This document shows, piece by piece, positions 1-9,451 of a DNA stretch of 64,000 nt (its first letter is position 1; each line of letters begins with the position of its first letter). The stretch is from NCBI GenBank assembly GCA_040081715.1, contig JBEBFY010000005.1, forward strand, positions 48,699 through 112,698, read 5' to 3'. The notes under the pieces are model-generated. The model saw only the letters and a list, made by a program, of their open reading frames with translations. It was not told the origin of the DNA and searched no databases. The translations under genes and the position numbers were made by a program. The DNA comes from Vicinamibacterales bacterium (GTDB lineage Bacteria > Acidobacteriota > Vicinamibacteria > Vicinamibacterales > UBA2999).

Positions 1-239
1 ACCACGCCGACGCCGTTGGCCACGAGGAGTCCGCGCTTGAGCGGCGTGCTGCTTCGGGCGAAGATGGCCAGGAAGTGGCCTGAGGGCACCTCCATGACAA
101 GCCCGGTCGGCACGAGGGCGATCGCGTGGGGTGGAATCGTGATGTCGGCCGACGCGGCCAGGTCGAAGCCGGCGGCTTCGCTGGTGCCGTAAGCAGGGAG
201 TGACACCGTGGAATCGAGTCGTGAAATCTTCAGGCGCAT
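1..239 (-). CDS. dut: dUTP diphosphatase (dUTPase), N-terminal part only; the gene runs off the left edge
   Basis: Own minus-strand translation from ATG at 239: MRLKISRLDSTVSLPAYGTSEAAGFDLAASADITIPPHAIALVPTGLVMEVPSGHFLAIFARSSTPLKRGLLVANGVGV. This shows the dUTPase layout (P-x-Y-x-T-x-x-x-AG-x-DL, then the RSS..K.G region). It is absent from the ORF track because no stop lies inside the window. Confidence 0.8.
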   Translation of the reverse strand, partial: MRLKISRLDSTVSLPAYGTSEAAGFDLAASADITIPPHAIALVPTGLVMEVPSGHFLAIFARSSTPLKRGLLVANGVGV

Positions 240-3075
240 CGGGGCAGCATACCGGAGCGCGCACCGGCCGGTCTTCGTCGTCGCGGGCGCGCTTCTGCTC
301 CTGCTGGCGGGCGGTTCCGTGGCATCGGCGCAGAAGGCCGACCTTGCGGCCAAGCTTCCGCTCGATGCCGCCATCCGGACAGGCAGACTCCCGAATGGCC
401 TGACCTACTTCATCCGGCACAACGGCCGTCCGGCCAAGCGGGCCTCGATGCGGCTGGCCGTGCAGGCTGGCTCGATCGATGAGTCGGAGAGTCAGCGCGG
501 CTACGCGCACTTCCTGGAGCACATGGGCTTCAACGGGGGCGCGCACTTCAAGCCGGGCGAGCTGGTGAAGTACCTCGAGTCGATCGGGTCGAGCTTCGGA
601 GCCGACCTGAACGCCTACACGAGCTACGACGAAACGGTCTACATGCTGGAGACACCGACCGACAAGCCCGGCCTTGTCAGCCGTGGGCTCGACGCGATGT
701 GGGACTTCGCCGGAGGCATGACGCTCTCCCAGGACGAAGTCGAGCGCGAGCGCGGTGTCGTGATTGAGGAGTGGCGGCAGCGCCGGGGCGCGGGCGCGCG
801 CATCCGCGAACAGCAGGCGCCCGCCATTTACGGTACGTCGAAGTACGCCGAGCGTGATCCCATCGGGCTGCCCATGATGCTGAAGGCAGCCACGGCTGGG
901 TCGATACGGGCGTTCTACGAGAGGTGGTACCGGCCCGATCGGATGGCGCTCATCGTGGTGGGCGACGTGGACGTGGATGTGCTCGAGCAGCAGATCGTGG
1001 CGGTGTTTTCCACACTGAAGAAGAAGGCCGGCCCGCCGCCCGCGCGGGTGTACCCGATCCCGCCGCACAAGGCCGCGCGCTACAGCGTGGTGGCCGACGC
1101 CGAAACACCTCGGTCCAGCATCACCATCTTCGAGAAGGGACCGGCCGAACGGCAGGATCGCGTGGGCGACTACCGGCGGTCGATGGTGCAGAACCTCACC
1201 TACCAGATGCTGAACGCCAGGTTCAGCGAGATCGCCAGGCGGCCGGATGCGCCGTTCCTGGGCGCCAACGCGGGGCGGAGCCTGGTGGGACGTGGCACCG
1301 AGGCGTCGGTGCTGTCGGCGAGCGTCAACGACGGTGGGCTCGTGAAGGGCCTCACTGCCGTCACCGAGGAGGCGGCGCGCGCCAGCCGCTTTGGCTTCGG
1401 CGAAGGAGAACTGGAGCGGGCCAGGAAGCGGGTGCTTGCCTCCTACGAGCGGATGTTCAACGACCGCAACACCACCGAGAGCGGTGGCCTGGCGTCCGAG
1501 CTGGTCCGGCACGTCCTGCAGGGCGAGTCCGTGCCCGGCATCGAACGCGAGACCGTGATGGCCCGCGAGTTCGTGCCCACGATCACCGCGGCGGAGACCA
1601 CGGCGATGGCGCGGCGGATCCTGAGCGGCGCCAACCGCGTGGTGATGGCGGTGACGCCGCAGAAGGAGGGTCTGGTTCCCCCGACCGTTGCCGACCTCTC
1701 GAGAGGGCTGGCTGATGCGGCCGGCAGCACGCTGACCGCGTGGAACGATGGCGCGGAGAGCGGACGCGAGTTGATGTCCGTCAAGCCGGTGCCTGGTTCC
1801 GTGCAGGCGACCCGCCAGATCCCCGAGCTGGGCGTGACGGTGCTCACCCTCTCCAACGGCGTCGAGGTGTGGCTGCGCCCGTCGGACTTCAAGGCCGACC
1901 AGGTGGTGTTCACTTCCTACGCGAAGGGCGGGCTCTCGCTGGCCTCGCCTGCCGACTACCCGAGTGCAGATCTGGCCACCAGTCTGGTGGACGAGTCGGG
2001 CGTGGCCGGTCTGACACCGATCGAGCTGGAGAAGCTTCTCTCCGGCAAGACCGCTGGAGCCTCCGCCTACATTGCCGCCAATACGCACGGGGTGACGGGG
2101 TCGGCCGCGCCCAAGGATCTGGAAACCGCCTTCCAGTTGCTGCATCTGCAGTTCACCGAGCCCGGCTTCACGACCGAGGGCTTCGCCCTGCTGAAGACGC
2201 AGCTCCAGGCCGCCCTGGCCAACCGGGCCCAGAATCCCGGTGCCGCCTTCAGCGAGAAGCTGGAGGAAATCAACACGCTCGGGCACTACACGGCGAAACC
2301 GCTCACGCTTGAGGACCTGCCGGCACTCAAGCCGGAGGTCATGAAGCGCTTCTACACCGAACGCTTCGCCAACGCCGCCGACTTCAGGTTCCTGTTCGCC
2401 GGTGCGTTCACGGTGGACGGGATCACGCCCTACCTCACGCGCTACATCGCATCCCTGCCGTCACAGGGCGCGTCCACGAGCTCCATCAGGGATACCGGGT
2501 TGCGGTTTCCAGAGGGCGTGCGCAAGGAGGTGGTGCGGAAGGGGCAGGAGCCCAAGGCGCAGACCGTGATGTCCTTCTTCGCCGACACCGGCCTCGACGA
2601 AATGGAGATGCACCGGCTGCGCGCCGCCGCGAGTGTGCTGGAGACGCGCCTGCTGGACATCCTCCGCGAACAGATGGGCGGCACCTACGGCGTCAGCGTG
2701 GGCTACACCGACAACCAGCCTGTGAAAGGGTACGGGGCGGTGCAGGTCGTGTTCGGCAGCGCGCCCGACCGCGTGGATCAGCTCGTGGCCGCCGTGCTGG
2801 CGGAGGTGGCGCGGTTGAAGAAGGACGGACCCGCGGCCGAGGACGTGCAGAAGGTGAAGGAGATCGAGAAGCGTGGGCTTGAGACGTCGGTGAAGACCAA
2901 CGCCTATTGGATTAACTCGCTGCAGACGGTGCTGACGCTTGGCTGGGACCCGCTGTCAGTGGCGCGACGGGCCGCGCGGACCGAGTCGCTCGACACCACG
3001 AATGTGGGCGCCGCCCTCGCGAAGTACCTGCAGGAGAGCCGCTACACCGTCGTCACGCTTCTGCCGGGATCCTGA
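208..3075 (+). CDS. Secreted M16 (pitrilysin) family zinc peptidase, double-length form
   Basis: 955-aa ORF. It has the HFLEH inverted-zincin HxxEH motif near the N-terminus and a signal-peptide-like segment (VFVVAGALLLLLAGGSVASA). The length fits two M16/M16C halves. GTG 208 is the only usable start upstream of the signal peptide. Confidence 0.85.
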   Translation: MESSREIFRRIGAAYRSAHRPVFVVAGALLLLLAGGSVASAQKADLAAKLPLDAAIRTGRLPNGLTYFIRHNGRPAKRASMRLAVQAGSIDESESQRGYAHFLEHMGFNGGAHFKPGELVKYLESIGSSFGADLNAYTSYDETVYMLETPTDKPGLVSRGLDAMWDFAGGMTLSQDEVERERGVVIEEWRQRRGAGARIREQQAPAIYGTSKYAERDPIGLPMMLKAATAGSIRAFYERWYRPDRMALIVVGDVDVDVLEQQIVAVFSTLKKKAGPPPARVYPIPPHKAARYSVVADAETPRSSITIFEKGPAERQDRVGDYRRSMVQNLTYQMLNARFSEIARRPDAPFLGANAGRSLVGRGTEASVLSASVNDGGLVKGLTAVTEEAARASRFGFGEGELERARKRVLASYERMFNDRNTTESGGLASELVRHVLQGESVPGIERETVMAREFVPTITAAETTAMARRILSGANRVVMAVTPQKEGLVPPTVADLSRGLADAAGSTLTAWNDGAESGRELMSVKPVPGSVQATRQIPELGVTVLTLSNGVEVWLRPSDFKADQVVFTSYAKGGLSLASPADYPSADLATSLVDESGVAGLTPIELEKLLSGKTAGASAYIAANTHGVTGSAAPKDLETAFQLLHLQFTEPGFTTEGFALLKTQLQAALANRAQNPGAAFSEKLEEINTLGHYTAKPLTLEDLPALKPEVMKRFYTERFANAADFRFLFAGAFTVDGITPYLTRYIASLPSQGASTSSIRDTGLRFPEGVRKEVVRKGQEPKAQTVMSFFADTGLDEMEMHRLRAAASVLETRLLDILREQMGGTYGVSVGYTDNQPVKGYGAVQVVFGSAPDRVDQLVAAVLAEVARLKKDGPAAEDVQKVKEIEKRGLETSVKTNAYWINSLQTVLTLGWDPLSVARRAARTESLDTTNVGAALAKYLQESRYTVVTLLPGS

Positions 3076-3081
3076 CCTGGG

Positions 3082-3906
3082 TTACCGTCTGCCGCTGGGT
3101 CCGAAGGGAGACGACGTGCCGGAGCCTTGTGGGCCCACCGGCTGTTGGGGTGCGCTGCCCGGCTGACGCGCTCCACCTGGGCCGACGCCTCCTGCCGATC
3201 CGCCCTGCACGCCTCCAGCGGCCCCGCCGGCCGCAGCCGTCCGCGGGTTATAGACGAACGCCCACTGGTCGTAATGGTCACGACCGTTGTAGAGGCGTCG
3301 TGACGCGGCCTTGCTGGTGCTGACCACGCCGGCAATCCCGCCGAGGGGTTGGCCCGGACCTCCAGCGCCCTGGCCGATACCTGGCTGCACGCCCGGGCCT
3401 GAGCCCTGCAGTCCTGATGCACCCTGGCCCGCCGGAGTGCTCCCGAGGCCCGAGGCGATGCCACCTTGCCCCGCTCCGGCAGGCCCACTTGGAATACCGC
3501 CGAGTCCAGCGCTCGCCGGGAGCCCGGCCCCGTTTCTTCCACCTGCTTCCGCCGCTCCGCCAGGGCCGCCCACGCCGCCAGTTCCGGCCTCTGCCATGCT
3601 CACCGGCCGGAAGGCCTTGCCCGTGATGGGGTCCGTGAACTTCCGCCGCAGGAACTTCTGATCCACGAGGAGATCGAGATTGGGGGGGAGCGCGCCGGGA
3701 CCCATCTTCCGCTGGAACAGACCGATGGCCCGCGCGTACTGCTCGCCCCGGAACACCAGTTCCGCCTCTTTCTCGCGTTGTGCCGCCTGCGTCCACACGG
3801 GCATGGCGACGGTGGCCATCACACCCATGACGAACAGACCGACGAGGAGCGCGGCCATGGCGTAGCCCGCCTCACGCGCCTCCCGGACTTCCCGTAGTCG
3901 AGCCAT
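3082..3906 (-). CDS. Pseudopilin-like (GspG-like) protein with a long Gly-rich low-complexity region
   Basis: 274-aa ORF. The N-terminal hydrophobic helix GYAMAALLVGLFVMGVMATVAMPVW is followed by a GspG-like segment (EAELVFRGEQYARAIGLF...LDLLVDQKFLRRKFTDPITGKAF) and then about 170 aa of Gly/Pro/Ala-rich sequence. No clean G|FxxxE prepilin processing site is visible, so the call is tentative. Confidence 0.4.
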   Translation of the reverse strand: MARLREVREAREAGYAMAALLVGLFVMGVMATVAMPVWTQAAQREKEAELVFRGEQYARAIGLFQRKMGPGALPPNLDLLVDQKFLRRKFTDPITGKAFRPVSMAEAGTGGVGGPGGAAEAGGRNGAGLPASAGLGGIPSGPAGAGQGGIASGLGSTPAGQGASGLQGSGPGVQPGIGQGAGGPGQPLGGIAGVVSTSKAASRRLYNGRDHYDQWAFVYNPRTAAAGGAAGGVQGGSAGGVGPGGARQPGSAPQQPVGPQGSGTSSPFGPSGRR

Positions 3907-3955
3907 TCATGAGGAGGATAGCAGGCCGCGTCGGGTACGATGACACTTCAATGAG

Positions 3956-4789
3956 GTGCCTATGAAGTTCATCGTTTCGGTCGTGTTGACGGTGTCTTTC
4001 GCCACAGTCTTGGTGTTGCACCCTGAGGCCCAGGCGCCGGCCGCCGGCCGTCTGAACCGTGTGATCGCGCAGGTCGAGCAGGGCAAGGTCGCGTTTGTGA
4101 ACACCGACTGGGCCTGGATCGAGATGGAGCAGAACCCGTACATCTTTCCCGAGCTGGAGAAACGCCTGGCCGAACTCAAGGGGAAGGGCCCTGGCGCACC
4201 CGCGCTGACTCCAGTGATGCGCATCCCGATGGATGGGGACGAGCCATTTCGGTGGGTCACCAAGCAGGTGCTCAACGTCGGGGTCTTCAATATCGTGTTC
4301 CCGCAGGTCGAGTCGAAGGCGCAGGCGCTGGCGGCCGTGCGCTCCATGCGCTATCCGCCGCAACGGGGCGGGAAGTATCCGGAGCCGGCCGGCCTCCGCA
4401 GCTTTGGTCCCGGCCGCGCGGCCCGCTACTGGGGCGTGCCCCAGCCGGAGTACGTCCGGAAGGCGGATGTGTGGCCGCTCAACCCAGAGGGTGAACTGCT
4501 CGCCATCATGATGATTGAAACAAAGGCGGGCGTGGACCACATCAGGGACATCTTGTCCGTGCCCGGCGTCGGCGCCGTGCTGCTTGGCCCCTATGACCTG
4601 GGCATGTCTCTCGGGGTAGGCGCCCCGACGCCCGCGATTCCGCCCGAGACTGAACAGGCCATCCAGAAGGTCCGGTCCGCCTGCCAGGCCTTTCCCAAGG
4701 TGATTTGCGGCATTGCCGGCGTGGCCGTTGCAGACCGCGACCGCCGCGTCCAGGAAGGCTTCCGCATGATCCAGGTGATTGGCAACTGA
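3956..4789 (+). CDS. HpcH/HpaI aldolase / citrate-lyase-beta-like family protein with a signal-like N-terminus
   Basis: 277-aa ORF. Family-typical segments are present: FPQVESKAQALAAVRSMRYPPQRG and IMMIETKAGVDHIRDILSVPGVGAVLLGPYDLGMSLG. The N-terminus is hydrophobic (MKFIVSVVLTVSFATVLVLHPEAQA). An alternative start is ATG 3962. Confidence 0.65.
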   Translation: MPMKFIVSVVLTVSFATVLVLHPEAQAPAAGRLNRVIAQVEQGKVAFVNTDWAWIEMEQNPYIFPELEKRLAELKGKGPGAPALTPVMRIPMDGDEPFRWVTKQVLNVGVFNIVFPQVESKAQALAAVRSMRYPPQRGGKYPEPAGLRSFGPGRAARYWGVPQPEYVRKADVWPLNPEGELLAIMMIETKAGVDHIRDILSVPGVGAVLLGPYDLGMSLGVGAPTPAIPPETEQAIQKVRSACQAFPKVICGIAGVAVADRDRRVQEGFRMIQVIGN

Positions 4790-4882
4790 GGGGACGGGCG
4801 TAGCTGGTTCGTCGCCAGGTGCACCCAGCAGGACTTCATCCGTGCGGGCATCCTATACTGGCTTTTTCCCACGACGAGGGCG

Positions 4883-6553
4883 ATGCAGTACATCTACACA
4901 ATGAAGGGTCTCGGGAAGGTGCGTCCTCCCGACGCCCGCGTGCTCAACGACATCTGGCTGTCCTTCCTCCCGGGCGCCAAAATCGGCGTCCTCGGCCTCA
5001 ACGGCTCGGGCAAGAGCTCGCTCCTCCGCATCATGTCCGGTGAAGACACCAGCTTCATCGGCGAGGCGTGGGCGGCCGACGGCATCACGGTCGGCATGCT
5101 CCACCAGGAGCCGAAGCTCGACCCGGCCAAGACCGTGCTCGGCAACGTGGAAGAGGGGGTGTCCGAGATCAAGGCGCTGCTCGACCGCTACGACGCGCTG
5201 AACATGAAGCTCGGCGAGGACCTGTCTCCGGACGAGATGGACAAGGTCATGGAGGAGCAGGGGCGCTGCCAGGACCGCATCGACACCACCAACGCCTGGG
5301 AGATCGACTCGCAGCTCGAGCTGGCGATGGACGCCCTCCGGTGCCCGCCTCCCGACGCGGATGTCTCGACACTCTCGGGTGGTGAGCGGCGCCGCGTGGC
5401 GCTGTGCCGGCTGCTGCTCAAGTCGCCGGATCTGCTCCTGCTCGACGAGCCGACCAACCACCTCGACGCCGAATCGGTGGCCTGGCTGGAGCGCTTCCTC
5501 AAGGAATACAAGGGCACCGTCGTGGCCGTGACGCACGACCGGTACTTCCTCGACAACGCCGCCGAGTGGATTCTCGAACTGGACCGCGGGTCCGGTATTC
5601 CATGGAAGGGCAACTATTCGTCCTGGCTCGAGCAGAAGCAGGAACGGCTGGTGCTGGAAGAGAAGACGGAAGGCAAGCGCCAGAAGACCCTCCAGCGCGA
5701 GCTGGAGTGGATCCGGATGGCGCCGCGCGCGCGTCAGGCCAAGGGCAAGGCCCGGCTGACCGCCTACGAGGACCTGCTGAACGAGGACACGGCGCAGAAG
5801 ATCGACCAGGTGGAGATTTACATTCCACCGGGGCCCCGGTTGGGCGACATCGTGGTCGAGGCGCGCGGGCTGAAGAAAGCCTACGGCGACCAGTTGCTGT
5901 TCGACGACCTGACCTTCACGCTCCCGCGCGGCGGGATCGTGGGCGTGATCGGGCCGAACGGCGCCGGCAAGACCACGCTCTTCCGCATGATGACCGGGCA
6001 GGAGACACCCGATTCCGGCACCCTCCGCCTCGGTGAGACCGTGGAGCTTGGGTATGTGGATCAGAGCCGCGACAGCCTGGGCGCCGACACGAGCGTCTTC
6101 GAGGAGATCACCGGAGGCAACGACGAACTGCTCGTGGGCAAGCGCACCGTCGCCTCCCGCGCGTACGTTTCGTGGTTCAACTTCAAGGGCGGGCAGCAGC
6201 AGCGGAAGGTCGGCACGCTCTCCGGCGGCGAGCGCAACCGGGTCCATCTCGCCAAGCTCCTGCGGAAGGGGTCGAACCTGCTGCTGCTCGACGAGCCGAC
6301 CAACGACCTCGACGTGGACACGCTCCGTGCGCTCGAAGAGGCGCTGGTGAACTACGCCGGCTGCGCGGTGGTCATCAGCCACGACCGCTGGTTCCTGGAT
6401 CGCATCGCGACGCATATGCTGGCCTTCGAAGGGGACAGCAAGGTCGTGTGGTTCGAAGGGAACTATCAGGACTACGAGGCGGACCGGAGGCGCCGGCTGG
6501 GCGCCGAAGCCGACCGACCGCACCGCATCAAGTACCGGAAGCTGACCCGTTAG
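4883..6553 (+). CDS. ettA: ABC-F ATPase, energy-dependent translational throttle protein EttA
   Basis: 556-aa ORF. The N-terminus [16 protein letters not shown] is characteristic of EttA/YjjK. It has two ABC cassettes (Walker [10 protein letters not shown] and GPNGAGKTT; two [16 protein letters not shown] signatures) and no membrane domain. Confidence 0.92.
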   Translation: MQYIYTMKGLGKVRPPDARVLNDIWLSFLPGAKIGVLGLNGSGKSSLLRIMSGEDTSFIGEAWAADGITVGMLHQEPKLDPAKTVLGNVEEGVSEIKALLDRYDALNMKLGEDLSPDEMDKVMEEQGRCQDRIDTTNAWEIDSQLELAMDALRCPPPDADVSTLSGGERRRVALCRLLLKSPDLLLLDEPTNHLDAESVAWLERFLKEYKGTVVAVTHDRYFLDNAAEWILELDRGSGIPWKGNYSSWLEQKQERLVLEEKTEGKRQKTLQRELEWIRMAPRARQAKGKARLTAYEDLLNEDTAQKIDQVEIYIPPGPRLGDIVVEARGLKKAYGDQLLFDDLTFTLPRGGIVGVIGPNGAGKTTLFRMMTGQETPDSGTLRLGETVELGYVDQSRDSLGADTSVFEEITGGNDELLVGKRTVASRAYVSWFNFKGGQQQRKVGTLSGGERNRVHLAKLLRKGSNLLLLDEPTNDLDVDTLRALEEALVNYAGCAVVISHDRWFLDRIATHMLAFEGDSKVVWFEGNYQDYEADRRRRLGAEADRPHRIKYRKLTR

Positions 6554-6576
6554 CGTCGGCCAAGAGGAGTGTCGAG

Positions 6577-7092
6577 ATGAATCCAGAAGCTGCGCAGGCT
6601 GTCAGGGATGCGCTGGTGGAAATGATCCAGAGCGAACACGCGGCTACGTGCCAGGTGCTGGCGGCCGTGACCGAGGCCGGCAAGGACTACCGGCCGGATG
6701 AGAAGTCCCGAACGGCCTGGGAGATCGCCAAGCACATCGCCACCTCGGACGTCTGGTTCGTGGACTGCATCGCGGCGGGCAAGTTCTCGATGGACGCCGG
6801 TGCCGCGGCCACGGCCGAAGCCCAGTTCAAGACGCCCGCGGATGTCGTGGGCTTCTACAAGGCGGCGATGGCGGCGAAGCTGGCGGTGCTCAAGGGACTC
6901 TCCGGCGCGGACCTGACGCGCACGGTGGACTTTTTCGGCGTCATGCAGATGCCCGCAGTGAACTTCATCGGATTCATGAACAACCACAGCATTCATCATC
7001 GCGGGCAGCTGGCGGGCTACCTGCGCGCCCTGGGTTCCAAGGTGCCGAATATCTACGGCCCGAGCGCGGACGCCGAGCCGGCCGCCAGCTAG
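6577..7092 (+). CDS. DinB-family (DinB/YfiT-like helical bundle) protein
   Basis: ATG 6577 is preceded by an AAGAGGAG ribosome-binding site. The 171-aa product is helical with His-rich motifs (HIATSD, NNHSIHHRGQLAGYL). The longer track ORF starting at 6172 overlaps ettA and is rejected. Confidence 0.7.
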   Translation: MNPEAAQAVRDALVEMIQSEHAATCQVLAAVTEAGKDYRPDEKSRTAWEIAKHIATSDVWFVDCIAAGKFSMDAGAAATAEAQFKTPADVVGFYKAAMAAKLAVLKGLSGADLTRTVDFFGVMQMPAVNFIGFMNNHSIHHRGQLAGYLRALGSKVPNIYGPSADAEPAAS

Positions 7093-7101
7093 ACACGCCG
7101 C

Positions 7102-8919
7102 GTGTCGTTTCCTGACCTGCGCGCCTTTCTGGGCCGCCTGCGCGCCGATGGTGACCTTGTCACCGTGGACGCGCCGGTGGATGCGTCGCTCGAAGCCGCC
7201 GAGATTCATCGCCGCGTGATCGCGGCTGGTGGACCCGCGCTGCTCTTCACCAATGTCAGGACCGCGTCGGGCGGGAAGGCGGCTGTCCCGCTCGTCACGA
7301 ACCTGTTCGGCACCGCACGCCGGGCGGAACTGGCGTTCGGCGATCGGCCCCTGCGGCTGATCCGCCGCCTGGTCGAGCTGGCCGAAACCATTCTGCCTCC
7401 CACGCCGCGTGCACTCTGGGGCGCCCGTGACGTGGCCGGCGAGCTGCTCAAGGTCGGCCTGCGCCGCGTGCCTCACGGGCCGGTCGTGGAGCGCGTGTCA
7501 CACACGCCACGCCTGGACCAGTTGCCGGCGCTGACCTGCTGGCACGAGGACGGTGGTCCGTTCGTGACGTTGCCGCTGGTCTACACCACGCACCCCGAGA
7601 AGCGCGCGGCAGGTAACCTCGGCATGTACCGCATGCAGGTATTCGACGAGCGCAGCACGGGCATGCACTGGCAGATCGGCAAAGGCGGCGGCCACCACTA
7701 CGCCATAGCGGAGGGACGTGGGCAGGCCCTGCCCGTGACGGTGTTTCTCGGCGGTCCGCCGGCGTTGATGCTGGCGGCGATTGCGCCGCTGCCGGAGAAC
7801 ATCCCGGAGCTGATGCTGGCCTCGCTCATCGCCGGAGAGCGGCTCGCGCGCGTGGATGGACACGGCCCGCATCCGCTTGTGGCCAGCGCTGAGTTCGCGC
7901 TGATTGGCGAGGTGGCGCCTCACACGCGGCGACCGGAAGGCCCCTTCGGCGATCACTACGGTTACTACTCGTTGCAGCACGACTACCCGGTGTTTACCGT
8001 GCGCACGGTCGCCCATCGCGCGGACGCGATCTACCCGGCCACGGTGGTGGGCAAGCCGCGCCAGGAAGACTTCTTCATCGGCGACCTGCTGCAGGACCTG
8101 CTCTCGCCGCTCTTTCCGCTGGTGATGCCCGGCGTCGAGACCCTGTGGTCGTACGGCGAGACGGGCTATCACTCCCTGGCCGCCGCCATCGTGAAGGAGC
8201 GGTATGCGCGCGAGGCCATGGCCAGCGCCTTCCGCATCCTCGGGGAAGGGCAGCTCTCGCTCACCAAGTTCCTGCTCGTGACGGACCGGCATGTGGACGT
8301 CCGCGACTTCCGCGCCACGCTGGAACACGTGCTGGCCCGGACGAACGTGGAAACGGACCTGTACGTGTTCGCGAACCTCTCGATGGACACGCTCGACTAC
8401 ACAGGTCCGGCGGTCAACAGGGGCTCCAAGGGCGTGTGGCTGGGCCTCGGCGATCCGGTTCGGGACCTGCCGCGCGAGTTCCGGTCGGCGGACCTGCCTT
8501 CCGGAGTCACCGACGTGCGGGTGTTCTGCGGCGGGTGTCTCGTGGTCGGAGCGCCCGGCTACGCGAACGAGCCCGGCGCCGCCGCGCGGCTGGCGGCGGC
8601 GCCCGCGTTTGCCGGCTGGCCCCTGCTCGTCATCACGGATGAGCCGGCCCGCGCCGCGGCGAGCCCGATGAACTTCCTGTGGACGACCTTCACGCGGTTC
8701 GAGCCGGCAGCGGACATCCACGCGGCGGGTCACACCGTGGTGCGCAACCACCTGTCCTACCGCGGCCCCATCGTCATCGACGCCCGCATGAAGCCCGGCT
8801 ACCCGGCCGAATTGGCCTGCCGTGACGACATCGCGGCGACGGTGTCCCGGCGCTGGACGGAGTACTTTCCGACCGGCGGTGTCGAGATGGGCGACTCCGG
8901 CCGCGCGCACCTGGACTAG
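7102..8919 (+). CDS. UbiD-family (prenylated-FMN dependent) decarboxylase
   Basis: 605-aa ORF. The N-terminus MSFPDLRAFLGRLRADGDLVTVDAPVD...EIHRRV and the internal NLGMYRMQV...HWQIGKGGGHHY segment are typical of UbiD / menaquinone-biosynthesis decarboxylases. Confidence 0.85.
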   Translation: MSFPDLRAFLGRLRADGDLVTVDAPVDASLEAAEIHRRVIAAGGPALLFTNVRTASGGKAAVPLVTNLFGTARRAELAFGDRPLRLIRRLVELAETILPPTPRALWGARDVAGELLKVGLRRVPHGPVVERVSHTPRLDQLPALTCWHEDGGPFVTLPLVYTTHPEKRAAGNLGMYRMQVFDERSTGMHWQIGKGGGHHYAIAEGRGQALPVTVFLGGPPALMLAAIAPLPENIPELMLASLIAGERLARVDGHGPHPLVASAEFALIGEVAPHTRRPEGPFGDHYGYYSLQHDYPVFTVRTVAHRADAIYPATVVGKPRQEDFFIGDLLQDLLSPLFPLVMPGVETLWSYGETGYHSLAAAIVKERYAREAMASAFRILGEGQLSLTKFLLVTDRHVDVRDFRATLEHVLARTNVETDLYVFANLSMDTLDYTGPAVNRGSKGVWLGLGDPVRDLPREFRSADLPSGVTDVRVFCGGCLVVGAPGYANEPGAAARLAAAPAFAGWPLLVITDEPARAAASPMNFLWTTFTRFEPAADIHAAGHTVVRNHLSYRGPIVIDARMKPGYPAELACRDDIAATVSRRWTEYFPTGGVEMGDSGRAHLD

Positions 8920-8959
8920 CCGCCCCGCAGCCTCGCGCCCGATCAGGGATAATCGATCC

Positions 8960-9436
8960 GTGACCGACATCAAGGACAAGGTTGAGGGTGACGCTCCGGA
9001 CGGATCGGAGCCGAGCATGTTCGCGGCCGCCAGTATCGCCAGCCGTGGCGCGGTGAGCGATGCGACGACGCGAGGCATCCGCGTGGAGGTGAAGAGTTCC
9101 TTCATTCCGGACCGGAGTTCGCCGGCCGAGAACGAGTTCTTCTTCGCCTACAAGGTGAAGATCTCCAACGTGGGCTCGGTCACCGCGAAGCTGGTGGCGC
9201 GTGAATGGATCATCACGGACGCCGAAGGCGACGCCGAGCGCGTGAAGGGTCCCGGCGTGGTCGGGCAGCAGCCGACCCTGAAGCCGGGCGACGAGTTCGA
9301 GTACACGAGCGCCTGCCCCCTCAAGACCTCGGTCGGCTCGATGTACGGCTGCTACCAGATGGTGACGGACCAGGGCGAGCGTTTCGACGCCGTGATTGCC
9401 CCCTTCACCCTGGCGGCTCCCAACTCGCTGAACTAG
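8960..9436 (+). CDS. apaG: ApaG (DUF525) protein
   Basis: ApaG signature run: IRVEVKSSFIPDRSSPAENEFFFAYKVKISNVGSVTAKLVAREWIITDAEGDAERVKGPGVVGQQPTLKPGDEFEYTSACPL. The start is uncertain: GTG 8960 or ATG 9017. The track start at 8822 overlaps the UbiD gene and is rejected. Confidence 0.8.
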   Translation: MTDIKDKVEGDAPDGSEPSMFAAASIASRGAVSDATTRGIRVEVKSSFIPDRSSPAENEFFFAYKVKISNVGSVTAKLVAREWIITDAEGDAERVKGPGVVGQQPTLKPGDEFEYTSACPLKTSVGSMYGCYQMVTDQGERFDAVIAPFTLAAPNSLN

Positions 9437-9451
9437 AGCCAGCCAAGGCTC

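Noticed and set aside
4853-6523. A 556-aa minus-strand ORF that mirrors ettA almost exactly.
   Set aside because: It is an antisense shadow ORF typical of high-GC DNA. The translation is Arg/Val/Glu/His-rich with no motifs, whereas the plus strand encodes an unmistakable EttA.
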